24,000 nt of DNA from Sinomonas atrocyanea (GCF_001577305.1 NZ_CP014518.1:135365-159364); one strand, 5' to 3'. Shown: positions 8,970-17,707, numbered from the stretch's first letter. Notes: a model not told the origin generated them from the sequence alone. Translations and numbers: made by a program.

Positions 8970-9000
8970 CGCAGCGCGGACTGAGGCCACTGCGGCAGAG

Positions 9001-9035
9001 AGGGCGCCCCCGGCCGGGAAGGCCGGGGGCGCCCT
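9001..9035. terminator. Bidirectional intrinsic-type hairpin between convergent genes
   Basis: Perfect 15-bp stem AGGGCGCCCCCGGCC / GGCCGGGGGCGCCCT, 5-nt loop, between the E2 stop (8969) and PTS IIC stop (9059). Confidence 0.75.
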
Positions 9036-9058
9036 GTGGCTTGGCGCGAGAGGGCACG

Positions 9059-10567
9059 TCAGCTGTTCGCGGGCACCTTCCGCGGCTCTGGGGCATCCTG
9101 CGAGGCCAGCCATTGGGCACGGTCCTCAGCTGGCAGCCAGCCCTTGTCGACACACCGGACTTTGAAGATCCAGGCGGACGCGACCAGAGCCAGGGCGAGT
9201 GCAATCATGCTCACCGGGGCGAGCGGCATGCCCGTCCGCGCGATCAGCCCGTCCACGGTGCCGAACCACCCGAAGTCGGCGTCGCCGAACGTGCTGTTGG
9301 CCATGCCGAGCGAGCCGAGCACGGTGAGCAGGAACGCGGGCAGGAGCGTGATCAGGACGCCGTTGAGGAAGCCGCCCACGATCGCGCCCCGCCGGCCTCC
9401 CGTGGCGTTGCCGAACACCCCGGCCCCTCCGCCGTCGAAGAAGTGCGGGACCATCCCGGGAAGGATGAGCGCCAGCCCGAACTGCGGGCCGAGCCAGACG
9501 GCGATCAGGGTCAGGGCCACGAGGCCGCCGGTGAAGGACGCGAGGAACCCGATGAGCGACGCGTTGGGTCCGAAGGGGAAGACGATCGGCACGTCCAGCG
9601 CGGGCTTGGCGCCCGGCACCACGCGCTGGGCGATCCCCTGGAACGCCGGAACGAGCTCACCGAGGATGATCCGGACGCCGTAGAGGATGATGCTGACGCC
9701 GATCCCGAACTGCAGCGCCTGGGCGAACGCCGCCATGACGTAGGCGCCGATGTCTGCGGAAGCGCCCGACGTGGAGTCCGCGAAGACCTTCAGGAGCGCG
9801 TCGTGCGGAATCGCGATGATGCCCCAGACGGCGAAGACCATGTAGAGCACCATCATCAGCACGGTGGTCGAGACCATGGAGTCCCTGAGGAAGCTGAGCC
9901 CATGGGAGAACTTCACTTCCTCGGCGGACCTCGAGCGCTTCCCGACCGCGGCCCCCGCGGCTCCGGCGATGATGTAGCCCAGGGTATTGAAGTGGCCGAT
10001 GGCCAGGTTGCCGTCCCGCGACCCGACAATGCGGTTCATGAACGGCTGGGCGAAGGTCGGCATGACGACCATGATGGCGCCCATGAGCACGGACCCGACT
10101 GCGATGACCCAGAAGTCCTGGTGGGCGCCGAATCCGACGGACAGGACGACGGCGAGGAGCGTCGACATGAAGACCATGTGGTGTCCCGTGAGGAAGACAT
10201 ACCTCAGGGGGGTGAACCTCGCCAGCAGCAGCATGATGATGAATCCGAAGACGATGATGTACGCCGACTGGGCTCCGAACTGGCTCGCTGCCTGGGCGGT
10301 GATCACCTCATTGGTCGGGACCACACCGTGGGCCCCGGTGTCCTTGAGGATGAGATGCCCGAAGGGCGACAGGGAGTTGATCACGACGGTGGCGCCGGCG
10401 CCGAGGATCAGGTAGCCCATCGCGGCCTTGAGGGCCCCGGCGACCACTTCCCCCGGTTTCTTCTTCATGGCGATCAGCCCTACGGCCGCCACGATCCCCA
10501 TCAGGTAGGCGGGGACGTTGAGAATCTGGACGCTGATGAAGTGCAGAATCGAAATGAACCACGACAT
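9059..10567 (-). CDS. PTS sugar-specific IIC permease, UlaA/SgaT-like
   Basis: ~502 aa membrane protein MSWFISILHFISVQILNVPAYLMGIVAAVGLIAMKKKPGEVVAGALKAAMGYLILGAGATVV..., GHFNTLGYIIAG, PHFFDGGGAGVFGNATGG. Confidence 0.88.
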   Translation of the reverse strand: MSWFISILHFISVQILNVPAYLMGIVAAVGLIAMKKKPGEVVAGALKAAMGYLILGAGATVVINSLSPFGHLILKDTGAHGVVPTNEVITAQAASQFGAQSAYIIVFGFIIMLLLARFTPLRYVFLTGHHMVFMSTLLAVVLSVGFGAHQDFWVIAVGSVLMGAIMVVMPTFAQPFMNRIVGSRDGNLAIGHFNTLGYIIAGAAGAAVGKRSRSAEEVKFSHGLSFLRDSMVSTTVLMMVLYMVFAVWGIIAIPHDALLKVFADSTSGASADIGAYVMAAFAQALQFGIGVSIILYGVRIILGELVPAFQGIAQRVVPGAKPALDVPIVFPFGPNASLIGFLASFTGGLVALTLIAVWLGPQFGLALILPGMVPHFFDGGGAGVFGNATGGRRGAIVGGFLNGVLITLLPAFLLTVLGSLGMANSTFGDADFGWFGTVDGLIARTGMPLAPVSMIALALALVASAWIFKVRCVDKGWLPAEDRAQWLASQDAPEPRKVPANS

Positions 10568-10598
10568 TGTAGTACCTCTCTCCACGAAAGCCGTGAAC

Positions 10599-10852
10599 TC
10601 AGGCCCGGGGGAGATGGCCGGAGAGCGCGGACTCGATCTCCTGGGCGTCCATGAAGTTGTTGACCACGGCGACGGGCGCAGGGATGTCGGCCAGCTTGTC
10701 CGCCAGCTCGGCCGAGGTCAGCACCAGGTCGACCCCCTGCGCAGCGCCGCGGGCGGCACTGATGTCGGCCGTCGTCACCGTGCCGGGGACATTCAGCTTG
10801 CCGAGGGCGGACTCGGTATTCATCTTCAGCAGGATTGACGTGCCGATTCCCA
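10599..10852 (-). pseudogene. 5'-truncated PTS IIB (UlaB/SgaB-like); active-site Cys motif lost
   Basis: Homologous part reads GIGTSILLKMNTESALGKLNVPGTVTTADISAARGAAQGVDLVLTSAELADKLADIPAPVAVVNNFMDAQEIESALSGHLPRA*. The expected CGxGxGxS reads RRLGIGTS here; the reading frame continues upstream only as antisense of another fragment. Confidence 0.8.
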
Positions 10853-10991
10853 GTCTGCGGACATCATCATGACCAACGCCGAGATGGCCCGGCTGCTCGG
10901 CGACCTTGCGAGCCCGGTCGCAGTGATCGCCAACTTCATGGACACGGACGAGATCATGCGGGCGGTTCGGGCCGTCATGGAGAAGCCGTAG
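10851..10991 (+). pseudogene. C-terminal remnant of a second PTS IIB gene
   Basis: + strand frame 10851-10991 encodes QSADIIMTNAEMARLLGDLASPVAVIANFMDTDEIMRAVRAVMEKP*, aligning colinearly with QGVDLVLTSAELADKLADIPAPVAVVNNFMDAQEIESALSGHLPRA* of the - strand gene; no N-terminal part present. Not in the ORF track. Confidence 0.75.
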
Positions 10992-11048
10992 ATCCGCTGC
11001 GCCGAGTGCCGTGGCGTGGGACCTCGCCTGCCCGCGGGACGTGCAGAA

Positions 11049-11101
11049 GGGCTCCCCGGGCATGAGGCCGAAAGTACTTCAGCCCCGTGCCCGGGGAGCC
11101 C
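11049..11101. terminator. Long imperfect inverted repeat, probable bidirectional terminator
   Basis: 25-bp arms around a 3-nt centre: GGGCTCCCCGGGCATGAGGCCGAAA-GTA-CTTCAGCCCCGTGCCCGGGGAGCCC (outer 14 bp perfect), between the + strand IIB remnant and the convergent - strand peptidase. Confidence 0.65.
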
Positions 11102-11157
11102 TGCAGTGCGGCGCGGATGCTGGTGTGCCGCGGCCGAGCTGGACGAGCGGGTCGCCG

Positions 11158-12621
11158 TCAGTGGAGGCGGCTCACCACCTCGCGGATGAGGGGCCACACG
11201 CGCGCCACCGAGGTGAAGTTCACCGACTCCTTGGGGGAGTGGAGGTCGTGGAGCTCCGTGCCGATCGAGATGATGTCGAGGCCTGGCAGCTTCTGGCTGA
11301 ACATGCCCAGCTCGAGGCTGCACTGGGAGACGTGGACCTCGGGATCGGTGCCCATGACCTCCGAGTAGGCCTTCCGGGCGACGTCGAGCAGCTTCGAGTC
11401 CGGCCGGTAGGGGAACTCCGGCGCGTCGAGCCCGTACTGCTCGACCGACGCGCCGCCGCCCGCGAGGGCGACCAACGAGCGCACCCTGTCCAGGATCTCG
11501 TGCTTGCGCGAGGTGACGGCCGCCGTGATGGTCGACATGAGCCGTGCGCCGTCCGCGGTGGTGCGGACCGTCCCGAGGTTGTTCGAACTCTCCACGATGC
11601 CCGGCACCGTGAGGCTCCAGCTCAGGACGCCGTTCGGGATCAGCGCGGTGAGCCGCGCGAAGCGCGCCCCCGCGGCCGCCGAGAAGACGTCCTCCGGGCG
11701 CTCCGCCGAGTCGAGCTCGAGCCGGATGCCCGGATCGGCCTTGCGGTACTCGTTGAGCAGCGTGCGCTCGAGCTCGGAGACGGCGTCGGCCACGGCGCGG
11801 ACGTCCTCCGGCCGCAGCGACAGCACCACCTGGGCGTCCGCCGGGATGGCGTTGTTCTGCGCTCCGCCGTGGGGATCGCTGATCCTGACGTCGAACCGGT
11901 CCATCAGGGTCGTGAGCGCCCGCGCCAGGACGAGGACGGCGTTCGCACGCTCCAGGTGGATGTCGAATTCGCAGTGCCCGCCGGCCAGGCCGCGGACCTT
12001 GAGCAGACGCGTCTCGGTATGCGTGCCGGGCACCGGCTCCCACTCTGCGGGCACGTCGACGGTGAAGGTCACGTCGCCGCTGCAGCCGGCGAGGATCTCC
12101 TTGTCGGTGATCCAGTTGAAGTCGATCATCCGCTTCCCGGACAGCTTCGACGTGTCGAACTGGGCGGCTCCCACCTTCCCCTTCTCCTCCATGGCGGTCA
12201 GGACCGCCTCGAGGGGCGGGTGCGGGATGTCCTTCGAGTCGAGGAGCGCCAGGATGTAGGAGACGCCGATGCCGTTGTCGGCCCCGAGGGAGGTCCCGTT
12301 CGCGGTGACGAAGTCACCGTCGATGAGGAGCTCGATCGGATCCTGTTCGAAGTCGTGGGTGACGCCGTCCTCCTTCTCGCACACCATGTCCAGGTGCCCG
12401 TGGAGGATCAGCGGCGGTGCGCCCTCCAGGCCATGCTGGCCGGGCTTCTTCACGAGGACACAGTGCAGATCGTCCTGCGTCGCCTCGAGGCCGCGCTCGC
12501 GGGCGAAGTCGACGACCCAGTCGGCGACCTCCTTCTCGTTGCCGGAGCCGCGGGGGATGTTGGACAGGCTCTCGAAGAACGAGAACACCTCTTGGGGCTG
12601 GATCGATGTGAGGGTGGGCAT
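11158..12621 (-). CDS. pepD: Aminoacyl-histidine dipeptidase, PepD-like (M20 metallopeptidase)
   Basis: LILHGHLDMVCEK, TSLGADNGIGVSYILALLD, LTAMEEKGKVGAAQFD, GLAGGHCEFDIHLERANA, IGTELHDLHSPKESV; start MPTLTSIQPQEVF at 12621 (ORF track is 5'-extended to 13635). Confidence 0.92.
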   Translation of the reverse strand: MPTLTSIQPQEVFSFFESLSNIPRGSGNEKEVADWVVDFARERGLEATQDDLHCVLVKKPGQHGLEGAPPLILHGHLDMVCEKEDGVTHDFEQDPIELLIDGDFVTANGTSLGADNGIGVSYILALLDSKDIPHPPLEAVLTAMEEKGKVGAAQFDTSKLSGKRMIDFNWITDKEILAGCSGDVTFTVDVPAEWEPVPGTHTETRLLKVRGLAGGHCEFDIHLERANAVLVLARALTTLMDRFDVRISDPHGGAQNNAIPADAQVVLSLRPEDVRAVADAVSELERTLLNEYRKADPGIRLELDSAERPEDVFSAAAGARFARLTALIPNGVLSWSLTVPGIVESSNNLGTVRTTADGARLMSTITAAVTSRKHEILDRVRSLVALAGGGASVEQYGLDAPEFPYRPDSKLLDVARKAYSEVMGTDPEVHVSQCSLELGMFSQKLPGLDIISIGTELHDLHSPKESVNFTSVARVWPLIREVVSRLH

Positions 12622-12643
12622 CGGGCTGTTCCTTCTCTGGCTG

Positions 12644-12672
12644 CCCGGGCCGCCTGCGAGGGGCGGCCCCGG
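12644..12672 (-). other. Small GC-rich hairpin between transporter permease and pepD-like gene
   Basis: CCGGGCCGCC ... GGCGGCCCCGG with a one-nucleotide bulge, in the gap between the two same-strand genes. Confidence 0.35.
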
Positions 12673-12707
12673 ATGGTGGTCGTGGAGGCTGGGGGAGCGA
12701 CCTGGGG

Positions 12708-13724
12708 CTACTTCACCACGCCTTGGCGCTTCCTGCCCATGGTCAGGGCAACGGCGACGATGATGACGAGCCCGTAGACGAGGCTCTGGGCCTGGGGGCT
12801 GATGCCCACCGAGGTCGCGCCGATGGGCACGAGGCCCACGGTGAGGGCGCCGAACACGATGTTGATCGGATTCGTGACACCGCCGGTGATGGCCGTGCCG
12901 CCCACGATCGCGGCGGTGATGCCCGGGAGCAGCAGGTCGCTGCCGAGCCCGAAGGAGGAGGCTGCGCCCGCCTGGGCGATGACGAGCACGCCGGCCAGCC
13001 CGGACAGCAGGCCCGAGAGGGCGAAGGCTGCCACCTTCAGCCAGCGTGTCCGCAGGCCGGAGAAGAGGGCGCCGCTCTCGTTCAGGCCCACGGCGGTCAT
13101 CCCCTGCCCGGACCGGGTGAACCGGAGCACGGCCCACAGGACGACGGCGCACACGACGCCGACCCAGAACGCCAGGGGCAGGCCCACGAGCGCGGTGCCG
13201 AACAGCGGGGCGAGCAGATCCGTGTTGGCGGTGGCGTAGACGGTCGTCGCGTGGCTGACCTCGAGCGATGCGGCCTGCACGATGCCGAGCGTGCCGAGCG
13301 TGAGGGCGAACGAGGGGATCTGGCCGAAGGCGATCAGGAACCCGTTCACGGCGCCGATCAGGGTCACCACGACGAGCGTGAGCAGGGGGGCCGCCGGGCC
13401 GAGGGGCTCCAGCGCCTGCGCGAGGATCATCGCCGAGAGCACCACGGTGGCGGCGTTGGAGAGGTCGATGGAGCCGACGTTGAGCACCATCGCCTGGCCC
13501 AGGGCCACGAGCAGGATGGGCGCTGCCTGCACCGTCAGGATGCCGAGGCCGCCGCCTGTGACGAAGGTCGGAGTCAGGACGGCCACCAGGGCGAACAGGG
13601 CGATGAAGACGGCGACCGGGCCCACGGTCTGCCACAGGCCGGCGGGGCGCAGGGTCACCCGCTTCTGCTTGCCCGAGGAGGGGGCGGAGAGCGGCTCCGG
13701 TCGGAGAACGGCGTTGTGTGTCAT
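12708..13724 (-). CDS. Sugar ABC transporter permease (RbsC-like)
   Basis: 338 aa; MVLNVGSIDLSNAATVVLSAMI, LLLPGITAAIVGGTAITGGVTNPINIVFGAL. Confidence 0.88.
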   Translation of the reverse strand: MTHNAVLRPEPLSAPSSGKQKRVTLRPAGLWQTVGPVAVFIALFALVAVLTPTFVTGGGLGILTVQAAPILLVALGQAMVLNVGSIDLSNAATVVLSAMILAQALEPLGPAAPLLTLVVVTLIGAVNGFLIAFGQIPSFALTLGTLGIVQAASLEVSHATTVYATANTDLLAPLFGTALVGLPLAFWVGVVCAVVLWAVLRFTRSGQGMTAVGLNESGALFSGLRTRWLKVAAFALSGLLSGLAGVLVIAQAGAASSFGLGSDLLLPGITAAIVGGTAITGGVTNPINIVFGALTVGLVPIGATSVGISPQAQSLVYGLVIIVAVALTMGRKRQGVVK

Positions 13725-13728
13725 GGGA

Positions 13729-15285
13729 TCACACCATCTTTTCCAGGAGGTCTAGGGCTGTGGGGGACTCGACGGAGAGGTCGAAGCTGCCGGTGATCTC
13801 GCCGTCGCGCATCACGAGGACGTCGTCGCCCATCTCGAGCGCCTCCTCGAGCGTGTCGGGGAGGAGGACGACGGCGGCTCCGGCACTCTGGGCGGCACGG
13901 ATCTGTTCGTTCACCGTCTGGGCAGCTCCGGGGTCGAGGCCCCTGAGCGGGTGGTCGAGGAGGAGGATCTTCAGCTCGTCCGAGGCGAGCCACTTGGCGA
14001 GGACCACCTTCTGCTGGTTGCCGCCGGAGAAGCTCGCGAGGCGGAGGCGCGGGTTGCGCGGGCGGATGTCGAGCCGCTCGAACCAGTCGGCTGCCGCCTT
14101 CGCCTGGGTGCGCCGCTTCAGGAACGGGCCCCACGCGGCCTTCCCGGGGTGGGCGAGGGTGAGGTTCTCGGCGGCGCTGAAGCCTCCGACCATCCCTTCG
14201 ACCTTCCGTTCGGCGGGGATGTAGGCGATTCCGGAGCGCACGGCCGCCCGGATGGACCATGAGCGGACGGGACCGCCGGCGACGGCGATCGTGCCCGAAT
14301 CGAAGGTCTCGGCGCCGAAGATCGCCCGGCTGAGGGATTCGCGTCCTGAGCCGAGGGCGCCGACGATGGCGGTGCAGCGGCCCGGGGCGAGGGAGAAGGA
14401 GATGTCCTTGAACTGGCCCTTCTTCTTCAGGTCCTTCACCTCCAGCACGGCAGGCTCGGGCGCGGTCCGCTCGGCCCGCTGCTTCGGGGCGGCCTTGGCC
14501 TCGTGGCCGATCATGAGTCGGAAGAGGTCATCCTCGGTCACGGATTCCCGCCGCCGGTCGGCAACGACCTGGCCGTGCCGCATGACGATCACGCGGTCGC
14601 AGATCCTGAGGATCTCGTCGAGGCGGTGGGAGACGAAGAGCACCGAGCCGATGCGCTTGAGGGCGCGGATCTCGCGCTCGAGGATCTCCGTCTCGTTGCG
14701 TTCCAGGACGGCCGTGGGCTCGTCCAGGATGACCAGGGGCGCGGCGTGGACTGCCTCGTCGACGCGCAGCGCGCGGGCGATCTCCACCATCTGGCGGTCC
14801 ACGAAGGAGAGATCGCCGACGGTCGCGCGGGGATCGATCGTGGAGCCGACGCGCTCGAGGACCTTCCCGGCCTCCTGGTTGAGGCGGTTCCAGCGGTAGA
14901 AGCCGTACCGGGTGGCCGCATCCTTCGAGGAGAGGGCGTTCATCGCGATGTTCTCGGCCACGGAGAGGTTCGTCAGGAGTGACTGCTCCTGGTGGACGAC
15001 GCCGATCCCTGCTGCCACTGCGTCCTGCGGCCGGCGGAACTTCACCTCGCGGCCGTCTGCCTCGATCACCCCGGAGTCGGGCTGGTGGAGGCCCGTGAGG
15101 ATCTTCAGGAGCGTGGACTTGCCGGCGCCGTTCTCGCCGATCAGGCCGACGACCTCGTGCCTCGGGATCTCCAGGGAGATGTCCTTCACGGCCTGGACGG
15201 GGCCGAAGGACTTCGAGACGCGGGTGAGCTTCAGGGCGGGGCTGTGGAGCGCTGCTGTGGCGGGTGCCACGGATGCGTGGGTCAT
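13729..15285 (-). CDS. Sugar ABC transporter ATP-binding protein, duplicated NBD (RbsA/MglA type)
   Basis: Start MTHASVAPATAALHSPALKLTRVSKSFG at 15285; NBD1 GENGAGKSTLLKILTG / VILDEPTA; NBD2 SFSGGNQQKVVLAKWLA / ILLLDHPLRGLDPGA. ORF track 5'-extends to 15864. Confidence 0.93.
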   Translation of the reverse strand: MTHASVAPATAALHSPALKLTRVSKSFGPVQAVKDISLEIPRHEVVGLIGENGAGKSTLLKILTGLHQPDSGVIEADGREVKFRRPQDAVAAGIGVVHQEQSLLTNLSVAENIAMNALSSKDAATRYGFYRWNRLNQEAGKVLERVGSTIDPRATVGDLSFVDRQMVEIARALRVDEAVHAAPLVILDEPTAVLERNETEILEREIRALKRIGSVLFVSHRLDEILRICDRVIVMRHGQVVADRRRESVTEDDLFRLMIGHEAKAAPKQRAERTAPEPAVLEVKDLKKKGQFKDISFSLAPGRCTAIVGALGSGRESLSRAIFGAETFDSGTIAVAGGPVRSWSIRAAVRSGIAYIPAERKVEGMVGGFSAAENLTLAHPGKAAWGPFLKRRTQAKAAADWFERLDIRPRNPRLRLASFSGGNQQKVVLAKWLASDELKILLLDHPLRGLDPGAAQTVNEQIRAAQSAGAAVVLLPDTLEEALEMGDDVLVMRDGEITGSFDLSVESPTALDLLEKMV

Positions 15286-16313
15286 TTGACGATCCTCAAT
15301 CTGCTGCGATGGGGCCAGGCTGCGGCGAGGACAGCCGCGATGAGGACTGCTCCGGACACCGCGGACTGGAGGTTCGGGCTGACGCCGCTGAGGATGAGCC
15401 CGTTGTTCAGGACGGTGAGCATCAGCACCCCGACTGCGGTGCGGAGGATTCCGCCCTTCCCTCCTGCGAGGGAGGTCCCGCCGATCACGACGGCGGCGAT
15501 GGTGAGGAAGAGGTTGCCGGTTCCGACCGTAGCCGAGCCTGCGCCGAGCTGCAGGCTGGCGAGGATCCCCGCGCCGGCACTGCAGGCGCCTGCCGCCACG
15601 AAGACGTAGACCTTGTACCTGCCGACGGGCACGCCGTTGGCCCGGGCGATCTCCTCGTTGTTGCCGATCGCGTAGGCGAAGCGGCCGAGGCGGGTGAACC
15701 TGGTGACGCCGATGCCCACCAGGGCCACCACGGCGGCTAGGAGGAACGAGTTCGGCAGGCCGAGGGTGAGGCTCGTGGGCCAGGACTTGAGGCCCTGGTC
15801 GGAGAGGAACGGGATGGACGCCTGGCCGAACAGCAGCGTGGCGATGCCGAGCCCGACGAACCACACGCCGAGGGTGACGATGAAGGACGGCACCTTCAGC
15901 TGGGTGTGCACGAGGCCGTTGACCAGGCCGAGCCCTGCGCCGACCGCCAGCGCGACCGGGATGGCCCAGAACCCGAGGTCGGCGGTGCCGCGGCTGTTGG
16001 CCGAGAGGAGGACGAAGGTCATCCCGGCGGCCCCCATGAGGCCCTCGACCGAGAGGTCGATGGAGCCGGTCAGGATGACGAGCGTCGACCCGACCCCGAT
16101 GATCAGGGGAAGCGCGGCGTGGTCCAGGATCGTCCGGGCGTTGTCCGGGCTGAGGAAGGAGGAGGGGTTGAGTGCCGCGAACACCGCGATCAGGGCGATC
16201 AGGGCGGCAACCTCGCCGAGATTCCTGAGCTCGAAGCGGTGCCGGCTCGGGGTGGGTTTGTGCTGAGCGGGTGCCGGGATCAGAAGCCCCGTGCCGCTGT
16301 CCTTTGCTGTCAT
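15282..16313 (-). CDS. Sugar ABC transporter permease (RbsC-like)
   Basis: 343 aa; STLVILTGSIDLSVEGLMG, YAIGNNEEIARANGVPVGR, AAVVIGGTSLAGGKGG; 4-bp overlap with ATPase gene. Confidence 0.93.
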   Translation of the reverse strand: MTAKDSGTGLLIPAPAQHKPTPSRHRFELRNLGEVAALIALIAVFAALNPSSFLSPDNARTILDHAALPLIIGVGSTLVILTGSIDLSVEGLMGAAGMTFVLLSANSRGTADLGFWAIPVALAVGAGLGLVNGLVHTQLKVPSFIVTLGVWFVGLGIATLLFGQASIPFLSDQGLKSWPTSLTLGLPNSFLLAAVVALVGIGVTRFTRLGRFAYAIGNNEEIARANGVPVGRYKVYVFVAAGACSAGAGILASLQLGAGSATVGTGNLFLTIAAVVIGGTSLAGGKGGILRTAVGVLMLTVLNNGLILSGVSPNLQSAVSGAVLIAAVLAAAWPHRSRLRIVK

Positions 16314-16340
16314 TGCTCTCTCACCTGCTGTTGTTCGGGT

Positions 16341-16381
16341 GTGCGGCGGCTCCGTCAGGAGTCCGGACGGAGCCGCCGCAC
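16341..16381 (-). terminator. Strong intercistronic hairpin between binding-protein and permease genes
   Basis: Perfect 16-bp stem GTGCGGCGGCTCCGTC / GACGGAGCCGCCGCAC, 9-nt loop; typical location for attenuation or mRNA stabilisation after a binding-protein gene. Confidence 0.7.
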
Positions 16382-16388
16382 GGGGCCG

Positions 16389-17516
16389 TCAGGGCAGCTT
16401 CTCCGGACCGCCGCCGACGAGGGGGGTGGGCTGGGTGTCCCACGGCCCGTTCTTCACCAAGTCGTCGATCCAGCCGTCGATGTTGCTGTCGTACTTGGTG
16501 AACTCGGAGAGGTTCTGCGGGGTCACGCAGCTGAGCTTGAAGAGGCTGTCCCGCTTCTCGTGGGGCAGCTCCGAGGGCTTGATCGCGCCGGTCGCCGCCT
16601 GGTAAGCGGTGTACAGGCCGATCGCTGCGGCCATGAAGCCGCGGTGGAAGGTCTCGCCGACGATCGCGTCATTGCCCATGTGGTTCTGCATGTCGGCGAC
16701 CTCCTGCGGGTAGAGGCCATCCGTGGCGAACTTGACGTCGTTGATCCGCCCGGCGTTCTGCACAGCCTGGATCGCGCCGATCGTCATGCCGTCGTCGGCC
16801 GACCAGATACCGTTGATCTGGTTGCCGTACTTCGCCATGAGGTTCTGGGTGACCTGGAGGGCCTGCTGGGGATCCCAGTTGGCCGGCTGCGTGTCGAGCA
16901 GGTGCACGTTCGGGTAGGCCTTCAGGGCCTGCTGCATGCCCGCCACGCGGGTCTGGCTCGTGGTGCTGTCCTGCACGCCGCCGAGGGCGACGATGTTCCC
17001 CTTGCCGCCGATGCTCTTCGCGAGCGCGTCGGCCGTGCACTGCCCGCTCTGGACGCCGGAGTACTTCTGGAAGGCGACGAAGTTGTCGCCGACATTCCAG
17101 GGCTCGTAGTTGTCCGGCTTGTTCCACCAGACGCTCACGTAGCCGCCGGCGGCCTTGACCGCGTTGACGATCGGCGCCGCATCCGAGCTCGCGACCGTGT
17201 TGACCATCAGCGCGACCTTCTTGCCCTGGGCGAGGATGGCCTGGATCTTCGAGATCTCCGTCTGCGAGCTGCCCTGGGAGTCGACGATCTGCAGGGGGAC
17301 GCCGAGCTTCTTCGACAGGGCCTGCGCGCCCTGGATCATCGACGCCATGTACGGGTTGGTGGTGTTGATGACGGACGCGACGAGGACGATGTCCTTCTTG
17401 TCGATCGGCTGCGACGACGCGGCGGTCGTCGAGGTGCACGCTGTCATCGCCGCCAGCAGGCCGACTGCGGCCACGCCGGCCGCCAGCCGCTGTCGAATGC
17501 TGTTCCGGAGGGGCAT
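16389..17516 (-). CDS. Sugar ABC transporter substrate-binding lipoprotein (periplasmic binding protein type 1, RbsB-like)
   Basis: Start MPLRNSIRQRLAAGVAAVGLLAAMTACTSTTAASS (lipobox MTAC) at 17516 with AAGGAG RBS; DIVLVASVINTTNPYMASMIQGAQALSKKLGVPLQIVDSQGSSQTEISKIQAILAQG. Confidence 0.92.
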   Translation of the reverse strand: MPLRNSIRQRLAAGVAAVGLLAAMTACTSTTAASSQPIDKKDIVLVASVINTTNPYMASMIQGAQALSKKLGVPLQIVDSQGSSQTEISKIQAILAQGKKVALMVNTVASSDAAPIVNAVKAAGGYVSVWWNKPDNYEPWNVGDNFVAFQKYSGVQSGQCTADALAKSIGGKGNIVALGGVQDSTTSQTRVAGMQQALKAYPNVHLLDTQPANWDPQQALQVTQNLMAKYGNQINGIWSADDGMTIGAIQAVQNAGRINDVKFATDGLYPQEVADMQNHMGNDAIVGETFHRGFMAAAIGLYTAYQAATGAIKPSELPHEKRDSLFKLSCVTPQNLSEFTKYDSNIDGWIDDLVKNGPWDTQPTPLVGGGPEKLP

Positions 17517-17562
17517 CAGTGACTCCTTCGTAAGAGATGGCCCGGGGTTCCTGCAGATCGAT

Positions 17563-17576
17563 GAATAACAATTCAG
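17563..17576 (+). promoter_or_regulatory. Putative operator GAATAACAATTCAG (shared motif, copy 2)
   Basis: 12/14 identical to 5056-5069; 46 bp upstream of the binding-protein start codon. Confidence 0.5.
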
Positions 17577-17670
17577 TGCCTGCATTTGGATTCTTCGAGT
17601 GTGCGGCACGTCACTTCTGCGTGTCAAGGGATCAAATTCCCGCGGGGCCAGAAGACGCCCGCGGCGCGGA

Positions 17671-17707
17671 AAGAGGGAGGACCCTGCGGGGCAGGGTCCT
17701 CCCTCTT
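17671..17707 (-). terminator. Intrinsic-type terminator downstream of epoxide hydrolase gene
   Basis: Perfect 17-bp stem AAGAGGGAGGACCCTGC / GCAGGGTCCTCCCTCTT with 3-nt loop, just past the hydrolase stop (17725). Confidence 0.75.

Noticed and set aside
8891-10654. 587-aa plus-strand ORF
   Set aside because: Shadow of the minus-strand PTS IIC gene; composition dominated by R/G/D/H/E repeats with no domain signature.
10651-10872. 73-aa plus-strand ORF and 10835..11065 76-aa ORF as possible small proteins near the IIB junction
   Set aside because: Different frames from the one carrying the IIB-like C-terminal sequence (10851-10991) and without recognisable homology.
11011-12777. 588-aa plus-strand ORF opposite the PepD-like gene
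   Set aside because: PepD-like motifs on the minus strand are unambiguous; this is a GC-driven antisense frame.
15906-17522. 538-aa plus-strand ORF
   Set aside because: Overlaps antisense to the permease and binding-protein genes; no domain features.
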